NCBI GenBank assembly: GCA_025594325.1
Contig: JANHCV010000001.1
Coordinates: forward strand, 1,178,001 to 1,242,000
Source: Blastocladiella emersonii ATCC 22665
Taxonomy: Eukaryota > Fungi > Blastocladiomycota
Reading direction: 5' to 3'
Length of the DNA stretch: 64,000 nt
Below are positions 24,578 through 35,453 of this stretch, one piece after another. Numbering within the stretch: the first letter of the stretch is position 1; each line of letters opens with the position of its first letter. The translations under genes and the position numbers were made by a program. The notes beneath the pieces are model-generated. The model was given only the letters and a program-made list of their open reading frames with translations, did no database searches and had not been told where the DNA came from.

Positions 24578-24956
24578 GTCAATTTTTGGACACATTTCCT
24601 ACCCCCGCTACGAGATTTATGAACTCTTCTCTCCTTCAAGTCCGCTCTCGGACCCTTGGCACAAAATATGAGTTTAATAGGCCAGGACTAGTCCAAATAC
24701 TACCAGATAATCATCAAATGATTGGCAGGCTTACTGGGCACCATTAGAGGTCTTGAAATACATTACAATATTACTCGCTGATTAGATGCGTTAAACCAAG
24801 CTATCCCTTTAGCGACGACACAATGTGTTCACGCGCGTGCCCGACCCGGAACATCAAAAGTCGCTGCACACCTCGGCGTTCCAGGCTTCAAAAACAAAGG
24901 GGAGCAAGCGTGAGGCTATTCCAGGGCAAAAACACTTTGCCACCAGGATGCAAAAG

Positions 24957-25028
24957 GGGCTCGTCCGGGGATTGAACCCGGGACCTCGCACACCCGAAGC
25001 GCGAATCATACCACTAGACCAACGAGCC
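24957..25028 (-). tRNA. tRNA-Pro(CGG) (copy 1)
   Basis: Reverse complement of 31428-31499. Confidence 0.92.
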
Positions 25029-26470
25029 TTGAGGACAGGCCGCTTCATAAAACCCATATTGGCCCGTCTGGACTGGTCGCACTGTCCCGAGTGCGGAGGT
25101 GCGCGCTCCACTCCCCGTCCCCGTCAGTTGGGCGACGGCGACCACCGGGAGCGGATAGAGATACCAAGCATCGAGGAGTCGCATCCCATGCCTGTCGTGC
25201 ATTGCTCTAAAACACCGCGCAAGGCCATGGCTGCGTCGGAGAAGAGGTTTCGGCGAGCCCCGGGTCGGAGGCGAATTAGAGCACTAAGTTCCCGACCCCT
25301 CCCACACCCGTAAATTAATTCTGATAATTGCCGGAGCACCACTAAAATTGCTCATTTGACATATCTGAGCCGTATGTGCAATATCAGCCCGGACCAATAT
25401 GCCACTCAATTCAAGAAGCTAAGCCTTAAGTCCGTTTTTCGTCCGAGCGACCAAACCGAAAGTTTTTTTCAACTTTGCACGGTCGGACGAGTTCTCGATA
25501 CCCCGACACCCCGACTCGCAGGTTTTCACATATTCCGGACCTCTGAAGGTCGCTGATCACGAATCTGCCTTCAGAAAAATGTTTCCGATGCATCTTGAAT
25601 TTAGACAGCTAAGTCGTGTCACGTGAGCCGAGGCCTCGAGGCGCGGCCAGCGACGCGTCGTTCACCTCCGCGTGACCACGAAGCACGCGTTGGATCACTG
25701 CGCGGGTTGGTTTGCTCCCGCCCCTGTCCGACGAGTGAAAGGGTAGCATCCGCAACAGAACCTTGCACAGACAATCGCGCGGAACAACGAATGAGATGCT
25801 CACTCGCCCAGGCGACTGTCACTTGGTACTTGGTGGCGCAGACGCGGCAACGCGCACGCGTCTGCTTCATACCACATCGCTGCGAGTGCAACTGGTTATC
25901 CAGCTGTACGAACAGCCGCGCGTTGGGGGCTACTCCCAACCACCAGTTCTGGACGATCCCTCGCAGCTCAAAGCTCAACATGCACGCGAAGCTGGCGCGT
26001 AGCGTGCTAGATTAGGCACATGGTGCGACCGTTATCGCGACTCGATGGCCCAGGTGCCATCGCGCGAGCGCGCGGGCATCACGGTTTGAATCAAGGGCAC
26101 TACTACCACGTCGACTTGCCCGTTTCGCTCACCCGTACTGAAACTGCGGAGCGGTTGACAGACTTCGCGAGCAACCGTTCGAGGAGACCCGTGAAAGCGA
26201 CGAGCGTGGTGCCAAACCTTTGAAAGCTGACTCGCTTCAGCGTCAAGGATGAGGGGGATCACTTGCCTGTCAAAAGGAGTTTTTGCAGAAGCGCGGTTTT
26301 TATCTCAAATCAATCATCGAGCGGGGACAAGATGGTCGAGGAGAACGGCGCAACAAGAGATGGAAGGGAGAGGGAAGAGCAAATCGAACGAGTTCAACGA
26401 GAAAGAGGAACAGGGGGACAGGGAGACGAGAAAGGCAAACAACGAGGAGGGAAGAAGCACATCGGCGGAG

Positions 26471-27560
26471 TCAGCGATGTCGAGGCAGGATGATCGGGCC
26501 GCACGCAGCAAGCCGTACCTCAGCAACGCGAATCCACTTCTGGACCACGGCGTCGCAGTGCGTCTTGGTCCCGTGGAGCGAGCCCTTGACAATCGCGTAG
26601 ATCCGGTTGTAGATAACCGGCGCGTTGGCCTGGAGGATCGCGGCGACAGCGGCGCCCACGACCTCGGGTTCCTCGGACTGGATCTTGCGGATGGCCGCGC
26701 GGACCTTCTTGACCAGGTCGCCGAGCTGCAGCGACGCCAGCGCCGCCAGGTCCGTGGCCAGGTCTGCGCGACCGGTACTCGAGGATCACGCGGGCCGTTG
26801 CGGCGGCGGCCGAGTAGTCGCGCGAGTCGATCGCGTTGGCGCGGGTCGCGAGTCCCGTGCACTGGTTATACACGGTGCGCGAGACACGGCGGATGGCCGA
26901 TTTCTTGGGACCCTTGAGGACCTTGGCCGGCTTGACCTTCTTGGGGGTGGTCGAGGTGACGGCGGGCGTGAGGCCCGCGGTGTCGACTTTGACCTGCAGC
27001 TGCTGGTGCTCGGGAGCGACGGGGGTCTGTCGGGTGGTTTGGTTCGTCGTGAGTCGTGGATCAGTGAGCGAGGGAGAGCTGAGACAAGACGTACCCCGCC
27101 GAGACTGAGCTGCGACGCGGACTTGTGGAGGCGCCTTGAGCGGCGCCTTGAGCGCGCCGACGACCTTGTCGAGGAACGACGGCGAGGACGGCTTGAGCGT
27201 CGACTTGGAGGCCGCCGAAGGCTTGGACACGGGAACGAGGTGCTCCTCGGAGCCCGAGTTAGCGACGGCGACGGCGTGGTCGGCCGCCGGCGTCTCGACC
27301 GACTCGTCGTGGGCGAGCGCGGGAGCGGGAGCGGGAGCGGGAGCCGGGCTGGCGGCGGCGACCACGGTGGAGTTGATCTGGAGCTGGGCGAGGGCCGAGA
27401 ACGTGTCGGGGACGGCCGTAGCCGTCGACGGGAGCGGCGCGGCCTCGTGCAGCTTGATGGCGGCGGCGGGCGCGGACGTCGCCGAGATCGACTCGTACAT
27501 GGCGCAGAGTCGGGCGATGCGGCCGCGGCTGCGCATGAGGGGCACCTCGAGCGACACCAT
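26471..27560 (-). CDS. Hypothetical protein starting in the IR spacer and ending in the left arm; reading frame apparently interrupted (possible pseudogene)
   Basis: Strong GC3 bias from ATG 27560. Canonical-looking 68-nt intron 27027-27094. Codon bias switches to the +1 frame at about 26765 (DLATDLAALASLQLGDLVKKVRAAIRKIQSEEPEVVG...). The 3' end is uncertain. Confidence 0.55.
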
Positions 27561-29617
27561 GATGCGGATGGTGATGATGGTGAGCTTGAGGTCGAAGACG
27601 ACTGACGGACTGGCCTGGAACAGGGCCGGTCGGGTCGGTGGGGTCGGGTCGGATGCAGGTGGCGCAGGAGCGGCGGTGCCGAGATGCTGAGCCGTTCAGA
27701 TCGGGCCGTAGTCGAGCGTCGCGAAGATGACGGCGCGGTAGACGTCGATGGCGGAGGCGAGCGTGAACGGGAGCGGGCGGGCGATGCCGATGTGCGCAGG
27801 ATGCAGCCGGGGGTGGTGCAAATCCAGGATAGGACGTGCGGGAAGCTCGGTCAAGATGTTGCAGTGCGGGATACGGGTGGGACTGTAGTCAGCAGGGCAG
27901 CGCGATGGACGGGCAGGGGTATGAGGAAGAGCGAGCGGGGATGGCGGGGCTTCCGGCCGCCTTCATAGTTCCAGTCCGTTGCATGAAGAAAGGTCGTCGC
28001 TGTCAAGCCGATTCAGTCACGACGGCAGACTGACTGGTTCGTCGTCGACGGGCCGTGGTGGCGGAGCGGGAGCAGGATGAAAACCAGTCGGAAAGCACGC
28101 GCGACTGGCCACCTGACCCGAGCTGACCCTTGACCTGCTTTCACCGCTCGCTGGAGGTGTGATCGCGGTGCAGGGGTGACGTCGATGGCGCGGATGCGAA
28201 GAACGTGATGTATCGCACTTTTGGTGTGTATCGAAAGCGCGGGGAGTGTTGCAGCTGCAAAAAGGGATCGACAGCGGAGCGCATAGAAAGCTTGCCAAGG
28301 TCAATCGGACCGTCGCTAGGGTGCAACGGGACTGCGACCCCGACGCCGCGGCAGTCGCCCCGAGCGAGCACCGGGTTGAGAGTTTAGAGGCGATGGTGCG
28401 ACCGACGCAAGGGCGAGAACCTGCGGAAAGCCGCCGTGACGCCCGAGTCGCGCCGCGACGCTCTAGGAAGGTAGGAAACGACGCGGTACAGCTCGAGGAA
28501 GCGCGTAAGCGCGAGTATATACGAAAGCAGCTACCGAGCGAGCGCCACCGGTGCGTCTTCGCGAAGGATCGAGCCGGCGGTGTTTGTGCGTGTCGAGGAA
28601 CGACCGGGGAGGGGTTGCGCGTGTCGGGGAGAGTGGTGACGAGGCGGCGGCGGGCGGAGGCGCGCAGTGGAGGAGGTTCGCATGGTCGGTGCGGCATAGG
28701 TTCAGCAAGTCGTGTCGAGCGGGATACATGGGTTTCGGGACAGGCGGTTAGCGCGGGCAGCGGGAGTGCGATCAGCGACGACGCACATGGGTGGCCGGTG
28801 GCGTCGTCGGGCCGTGTGGCGGCGCCACGTTGGGACCGCGGAGAACGCGCACGCGGGGCACGTCGACGGCTGAGATGAGACACGACGCGGTGCGCGTGCG
28901 AGCCCGCCGAGTCGACCACCACTCGCTGAATCTGCGGGTCGGGCTACAGAGCGCGTCGAAGCGAGTCAGTCTGTCAGTGAGGCGTGTCCGACAGCGCGGA
29001 CGTCCCGTTGCACGGCCTCGATGCTGTGCAGCCGTGGAGAGTGCGACCGCTTGGCGCCCGAGACCGACGGCCGCCGCGAGCTCGTTGTTCCACTCTACAA
29101 CAGTTCCACTCTACGACAGAGGCAGTTCGGTAAGGTCGCGGCCGTGACGGCGGCAGCGGATCCGTGAGCTCCGAGCGCGGCGGGGATTGCTGATGTCTCG
29201 CGTGATGTTCTGCGCGATCGGCGCGAGGTCTGCCGCGTCGCGGGAGCACCGGAGCGCTCACGCGAGTGCTCTCGGCGCACGTTGCAGTCACTCGATGACA
29301 TCTTTGCACCGAATCATCATCGGGGTTGGTTTCATCTCGGGCGGGTGAGGATGGCGAAGAAGAGAGGGAGAGCCAGCGGAAAGAGCGACGCGTTCTGGAG
29401 TGCAACAGGCCGCCGCTCGCTCGCTCACTTTCCGCCGTGGCCTCTCTCACTTACGCTCTCCAACGAAGACTATCATGGCGCACTACTTGATGCAATTGCT
29501 TCGACGGTGAAACTGGTGCTCGGCCGCGCGCCGTGCAGTCTGCTGTCAACTCGGGGGGGCACTTGGCAGCAGCGGCGCACCGCACTCCGAGTCGTCGCGC
29601 CTCATTGCCAGCCTAGA

Positions 29618-29985
29618 CAACGCGATCGACTCGCGCGACTACTCGGCCGCCGCCGCAACGGCCCGCGTGATCCTCGAGTACCGGTCGCGCAGACCTGGCC
29701 ACGGACCTGGCGGCGCTGGCGTCGCTGCAGCTCGGCGACCTGGTCAAGAAGGTCCGCGCGGCCATCCGCAAGATCCAGTCCGAGGAACCCGAGGTCGTGG
29801 GCGCCGCTGTCGCCGCGATCCTCCAGGCCAACGCGCCGGTTATCTACAACCGGATCTACGCGATTGTCAAGGGCTCGCTCCACGGGACCAAGACGCACTG
29901 CGACGCCGTGGTCCAGAAGTGGATTCGCGTTGCTGAGGTACGGCTTGCTGCGTGCGGCCCGATCATCCTGCCTCGACATCGCTGA
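29618..29985 (+). pseudogene. 5'-truncated copy of the spacer gene's 3' end (in right arm)
   Basis: Begins mid-ORF at the inner junction (...gcctaga|caacgcgatcgac...); lacks the start and first exon. Confidence 0.8.
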
Positions 29986-31427
29986 CTCCGCCGATGTGCT
30001 TCTTCCCTCCTCGTTGTTTGCCTTTCTCGTCTCCCTGTCCCCCTGTTCCTCTTTCTCGTTGAACTCGTTCGATTTGCTCTTCCCTCTCCCTTCCATCTCT
30101 TGTTGCGCCGTTCTCCTCGACCATCTTGTCCCCGCTCGATGATTGATTTGAGATAAAAACCGCGCTTCTGCAAAAACTCCTTTTGACAGGCAAGTGATCC
30201 CCCTCATCCTTGACGCTGAAGCGAGTCAGCTTTCAAAGGTTTGGCACCACGCTCGTCGCTTTCACGGGTCTCCTCGAACGGTTGCTCGCGAAGTCTGTCA
30301 ACCGCTCCGCAGTTTCAGTACGGGTGAGCGAAACGGGCAAGTCGACGTGGTAGTAGTGCCCTTGATTCAAACCGTGATGCCCGCGCGCTCGCGCGATGGC
30401 ACCTGGGCCATCGAGTCGCGATAACGGTCGCACCATGTGCCTAATCTAGCACGCTACGCGCCAGCTTCGCGTGCATGTTGAGCTTTGAGCTGCGAGGGAT
30501 CGTCCAGAACTGGTGGTTGGGAGTAGCCCCCAACGCGCGGCTGTTCGTACAGCTGGATAACCAGTTGCACTCGCAGCGATGTGGTATGAAGCAGACGCGT
30601 GCGCGTTGCCGCGTCTGCGCCACCAAGTACCAAGTGACAGTCGCCTGGGCGAGTGAGCATCTCATTCGTTGTTCCGCGCGATTGTCTGTGCAAGGTTCTG
30701 TTGCGGATGCTACCCTTTCACTCGTCGGACAGGGGCGGGAGCAAACCAACCCGCGCAGTGATCCAACGCGTGCTTCGTGGTCACGCGGAGGTGAACGACG
30801 CGTCGCTGGCCGCGCCTCGAGGCCTCGGCTCACGTGACACGACTTAGCTGTCTAAATTCAAGATGCATCGGAAACATTTTTCTGAAGGCAGATTCGTGAT
30901 CAGCGACCTTCAGAGGTCCGGAATATGTGAAAACCTGCGAGTCGGGGTGTCGGGGTATCGAGAACTCGTCCGACCGTGCAAAGTTGAAAAAAACTTTCGG
31001 TTTGGTCGCTCGGACGAAAAACGGACTTAAGGCTTAGCTTCTTGAATTGAGTGGCATATTGGTCCGGGCTGATATTGCACATACGGCTCAGATATGTCAA
31101 ATGAGCAATTTTAGTGGTGCTCCGGCAATTATCAGAATTAATTTACGGGTGTGGGAGGGGTCGGGAACTTAGTGCTCTAATTCGCCTCCGACCCGGGGCT
31201 CGCCGAAACCTCTTCTCCGACGCAGCCATGGCCTTGCGCGGTGTTTTAGAGCAATGCACGACAGGCATGGGATGCGACTCCTCGATGCTTGGTATCTCTA
31301 TCCGCTCCCGGTGGTCGCCGTCGCCCAACTGACGGGGACGGGGAGTGGAGCGCGCACCTCCGCACTCGGGACAGTGCGACCAGTCCAGACGGGCCAATAT
31401 GGGTTTTATGAAGCGGCCTGTCCTCAA

Positions 31428-31499
31428 GGCTCGTTGGTCTAGTGGTATGATTCGCGCTTCGGGTGTGCGAGGTCCCGGGTTCAATCCCCGGACGAGCCC
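31428..31499 (+). tRNA. tRNA-Pro(CGG) (copy 2)
   Basis: GGCTCGT/ACGAGCC acceptor, TGGTCTAGTGGTATGAT A-box, anticodon loop TT-CGG-GT, CCGGG-TTCAATC-CCCGG T-arm, followed by a TTTTT terminator. Confidence 0.92.
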
Positions 31500-31878
31500 C
31501 TTTTGCATCCTGGTGGCAAAGTGTTTTTGCCCTGGAATAGCCTCACGCTTGCTCCCCTTTGTTTTTGAAGCCTGGAACGCCGAGGTGTGCAGCGACTTTT
31601 GATGTTCCGGGTCGGGCACGCGCGTGAACACATTGTGTCGTCGCTAAAGGGATAGCTTGGTTTAACGCATCTAATCAGCGAGTAATATTGTAATGTATTT
31701 CAAGACCTCTAATGGTGCCCAGTAAGCCTGCCAATCATTTGATGATTATCTGGTAGTATTTGGACTAGTCCTGGCCTATTAAACTCATATTTTGTGCCAA
31801 GGGTCCGAGAGCGGACTTGAAGGAGAGAAGAGTTCATAAATCTCGTAGCGGGGGTAGGAAATGTGTCCAAAAATTGAC

Positions 31879-31960
31879 GGCAACGTGCCCGAGTGGTTAA
31901 GGGGACTGACTACTAATCAGTTGCGCTAGTCGCTCACAGGTTCGAACCCTGTCGTTGTCG
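31879..31960 (+). tRNA. tRNA-Ser, anticodon ACT (copy 2)
   Basis: GGCAACG/CGTTGTC acceptor stem, D-arm CCCGAGTGGTTAAGGG, anticodon stem ACTGA/TCAGT with loop CT-ACT-AA (anticodon 31912-31914), long variable arm GCG-CTAGT-CGC, T-arm ACAGG-TTCGAAC-CCTGT, discriminator G, T-run terminator immediately downstream. Confidence 0.88.
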
Positions 31961-33186
31961 TTTCTTTTTTTTTCTTGTGCCCCTGACCAGGCCGTTCCGG
32001 CCTGGTCAATCTCCTCGTTCCAGCTCGCTGTTCTTACCCTTTTCCGGTTTGCGAGGCTCCTGCTGGGGTTACGGAGCAGGCTTCCCTCCGAGCCGCGCAC
32101 GCAGCCTCCCGTTTGCTCCCTGCGCTAGTGGTACTGGACCTTTATCGATGCTCTTAACGTTAGCGTCACTCAAACTATCATCAAATGGAACTGCTTCACA
32201 CGTCGCAACTATACATGGCCGACAGTCTCGCATTGCCGTCGTGTAGCACGCGTCCCTGGCCCTGGCGGAGAACCTCGCTCTGTGCGACGACATGCAGAAG
32301 CAGCGGTTGAGCCGCATTCGCTTTTGAAGGGTTGTTCCTGCGTGTACCACATCATCCTCTTGTTTGCGGAGTAGTTCACCGCTTGAGTCCGTCATGCTGA
32401 GCATATCTCTCCGACTCCGATTACACTGACCACAACGGCCAGTTGCGCTCCCGCGGCACTCTCGAACCATTGTCAACGCTTACCAGCTTGTCGAACCAAG
32501 CGTGGTGTCCGATTCCGTCAACATATTGCTTGTGGGATCCAACATGGTTATCTTCTGGCGCACGCTTGTCGCGGCGTTCTCGGTCGGGGACCCTCTGTTA
32601 CACGTCGTTCATGCAGTGGTGATCGGAGTCATCATCCACCTTGATCTCGCGTGGTTTGTCCGCATCCCGCCTCGCCGCCTGCCGCACTCCCGCGGCGGCG
32701 CTCCCCGCTTCTGTTAGTCTCCCTCACTCACCCAGCCCTGGTTCAGTGCCGAAGCAGGAATACACCACCCTGACTAGCTGTATCGTGGCCTCCTCTCGCT
32801 TGACCTGCACAGCTCAACACCCGATGATGAGTTCCTGCCTGAACGTGGTGCTCCCGCCCACAAATGGCCATCATCTAGCTCGCCCGTGGCTGTGCGTGCT
32901 CCGCAGTCCTTTCTGAGTCGAGCGAGCGAGTTTGACAAACCTGCGCCCCGAGAACGCGCCCAGGGGATCGGATTACCGCCTAGCATGCGCTCGCGCGTCG
33001 CGCCACTCAGCCACTGTGGCGCACGCAGCCTGAAACGCGTCGAGTCTGATCGCTCACTTGATGGCGTCCCGCGTCGCTCACGGCAAGCCGGCCGGCGTGT
33101 GCGCTTGAGTTTCTCGGCATGGACTACTTGCATCACGTTCCCAAAACTGTTTGTATTTCCTAGACGCGCGCGTGAGCGTCGCGCCT

Positions 33187-34710
33187 TCAAGTTGGCAAGG
33201 GGAGCGCGTCACTCTTCCCCTCGTCGTCCCGTTGTCCACTCCGCGCAAGGCTCATCACGTAATAGGAGGCTGCTGCATCATTGTCGCTGGAATGGTCTCC
33301 AATCTCATGAGCATCATCGCGGCTTTGGTGCTGATGGTGGTTGCTCGAACTACGGCCAAGCGTGCTCCAATTTTCCGTCGCAGACGCCAACGTCGTTGGT
33401 CGAGTCGACGAAGTCGCAGCGTGATGGTGCGACGACAACGCAGTCATGTTGCCCGACTGCTTCTGCTGCTGCTGTTGTTGTTGTTGTTGCGGATTCCACG
33501 CGCTCGCGAGGAGCGTCCCCGCCTCGGCGTTTGGAAGCCGGCGCCAAAGAATCATCACGTCGCGCAGCAACTTTCGCGCGCGGTAGAAGCTGACGGTGAT
33601 CAAGCGCGCGCTCACCCATCCGATCACGTCGTTGAGCTGCGCCGAGAGCCCTGCAGCGCCTGAAACCAAGTAGGCGTTCCCGCCAAGGAGCAGTACCGTC
33701 CACGCCACGAGCACGGCGAGTCGAACAAAGCACCGCTGGTACTGGGTATCGCTCGAACCGTCGCTGGTCCTCGGGTCGACCACGGTGTCGTTCAGTGGTT
33801 CAACCGTGTGCGGTCGGCCGCAAGCGCGCTTCAATGATACGAGGAGCTTGGCACGCGAGAATGAGGATGTGCGTTTTGGACGCTCGCCGCTGCGAGACTT
33901 GGGCAGTGATGGCTCGCACGAAGGGCTGTTCTCGCCCACAACGGCAGGTGTTGTGGCGGTACCGGGAGACAAGTGCAGCCGAGTAGGTGCCGCTGCAGTG
34001 GCCTGATCTCGGTCGTGCTGCTGCTGTAAAGTGGGTCGAGAGGCACGAATGCTAGTGCGCGCCGCAGCGCCAGGACGCGACCGCGCAATGATCCAAAAGA
34101 TGCCCGCGAGCGCCATGGTGGCCAGGACCACGAGCATCCCAAAGTAGAGGTTGAAGACCAGTCCGTATACGCCGAAAAAGGTGCCCAGCCCGAGCCACGC
34201 GCCCGGCCCGATCAGGCGGAGCGCCGTGCGCAGCGGGATCAGCGTCGCGAGGACGGCCGTCAGGACGAGGAGCAGCGCCTTGCAACCCGTAAAAACGTGG
34301 CGAGTCAGCTGCAGCCGAGGCAGCGCGTCGAGTGCCGTGCCAAGCAGGAGGACCGGGTACACGGGGAGCGCCAGCACCTCGCCCAGACACGCTGCGTCAA
34401 GGATCAGCGTGCTCGCTCGCGCAGCCCCGAGCCAGCACAGCGAGGCGCTCGGTCCTGACGGGCACTGGACCATGCCAGCCTGCTCCTCGAGGATCCGCGC
34501 CGCCGAGCTCGCCATGTGCAGCGCGTGGACGGCCGAAAACGACACCCACAGAACATACTGCTGGTGCTCGAGCCCAGCGCGGCGGCGGCCAGCGAGGGTC
34601 CACTCGCGCCAGAACTTGCGCGCAAAGTACAGGTTGATGGGCAGCGTGGCCGAGTACACCGACAGCGAGATCCATGCGTCGACGAGTGCTCCTTTGTCAT
34701 TCATTTTCAT
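33187..34710 (-). CDS. Orphan 7-TM GPCR-like protein, paralog A copy 2 (identical, in right arm)
   Basis: Identical 507-aa translation to 21746-23269; the upstream intergenic region is also duplicated. Confidence 0.75.
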   Translation of the reverse strand: MKMNDKGALVDAWISLSVYSATLPINLYFARKFWREWTLAGRRRAGLEHQQYVLWVSFSAVHALHMASSAARILEEQAGMVQCPSGPSASLCWLGAARASTLILDAACLGEVLALPVYPVLLLGTALDALPRLQLTRHVFTGCKALLLVLTAVLATLIPLRTALRLIGPGAWLGLGTFFGVYGLVFNLYFGMLVVLATMALAGIFWIIARSRPGAAARTSIRASRPTLQQQHDRDQATAAAPTRLHLSPGTATTPAVVGENSPSCEPSLPKSRSGERPKRTSSFSRAKLLVSLKRACGRPHTVEPLNDTVVDPRTSDGSSDTQYQRCFVRLAVLVAWTVLLLGGNAYLVSGAAGLSAQLNDVIGWVSARLITVSFYRARKLLRDVMILWRRLPNAEAGTLLASAWNPQQQQQQQQQKQSGNMTALSSHHHAATSSTRPTTLASATENWSTLGRSSSNHHQHQSRDDAHEIGDHSSDNDAAASYYVMSLARSGQRDDEGKSDALPLPT

Positions 34711-34963
34711 GTGCGTTGCAGCGAGTCGCCTTTACATTCGTTTCGTTGTTGTGTGTGAGGTTCAGTAAACGTGTGTGTGTTCGGCGTTGCCCTCACGTTG
34801 CTGTATTCGGGAGACACGCGAGACGCGCGCGATCACGTCCACGCGCATGAACAACGCGTCCCTTCTCTGCGGGTCTATCCGCGCGCAGGGCTCCCGCGCA
34901 AGACTCTCCCGCGCAATCAACCGTGCCATCAACTGGTCCTGTATTCGTCACATCACTACCGCG

Positions 34964-35394
34964 TCACCACTCGGCCGGGTTGCCGAACCGGTGGTCGCGG
35001 AACCACCCCGCGCCGTGCTCAAAGTACTCGGCGCGCGACACGTACGCCACGGGCGCCGTCGCCGCGCCGCGCCACGCGTCCACGACCGGGTCCGCCGCGC
35101 GCCGCACGTCGAGCGAAAAGGCCTGTGGCAGCTCGCGCGTCAGCTCGAGCCCGAGTCGGTCCGCGAGCCCTGGGATTGTCGCGCCGCCGCCGCTGCACAC
35201 GACCGTCGCTGCCGTGATCGGACTCGTTCTCGAGTTGTCGTTGTCGCAGCGACGGCGCACCGCCTGCACCGCCGAGAGGACCAGGTCCTGTAGGCCCGCC
35301 TCGTCCACGCCCACCAGCGACGGGTGGAACAGCGCCTCGGGCACGCGCACGCGTTCCACGTTCAGCCGGACCTGGTGCGCACGAAGGAAACGCT
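34964..35394 (-). pseudogene. ARP5: 5'-truncated ARP5 3'-end fragment (in right arm)
   Basis: Identical to 21062-21492 (RFLRAHQVRLNVERVRVPEALF...GNPAEW*), cut at the outer junction. Confidence 0.85.
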
Positions 35395-35453
35395 TCCCCT
35401 CGCGTTGACAGCGCAGGGGAATCTTTGAGTTCAAGCAAGTCAATGCTGTGTAT

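Larger units (their letters stand above)
21062..26838 (+). repeat. Left (ancestral) arm of 5,777-bp inverted repeat
   Basis: All ORFs in 21062-26838 recur as identical translations on the opposite strand at 56456-x. Boundaries were read directly from where complementarity stops. Intact genes cross both boundaries of this arm. Confidence 0.97.
29618..35394 (-). repeat. Right (derived) arm of 5,777-bp inverted repeat
   Basis: Reverse complement of 21062-26838 with a constant offset (no indels seen, spot checks identical). Genes crossing its ends are truncated. Confidence 0.97.

Noticed and set aside
27600-29617. ORFs in the IR spacer (e.g. 28246-28878, 28017-28922) as a hidden switchable gene
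   Set aside because: No codon bias, no recognisable motif and no clear splice structure; best read as the long upstream intergenic region of the spacer gene.
21062-35394. Large IR read as a giant DNA transposon or Helitron
   Set aside because: No transposase, RepHel or integrase ORF in the arms or spacer; no outer TSD; the arms are host genes cut mid-ORF. The CTAG at 29613-29616 lacks the usual hairpin and following T of a Helitron 3' end.
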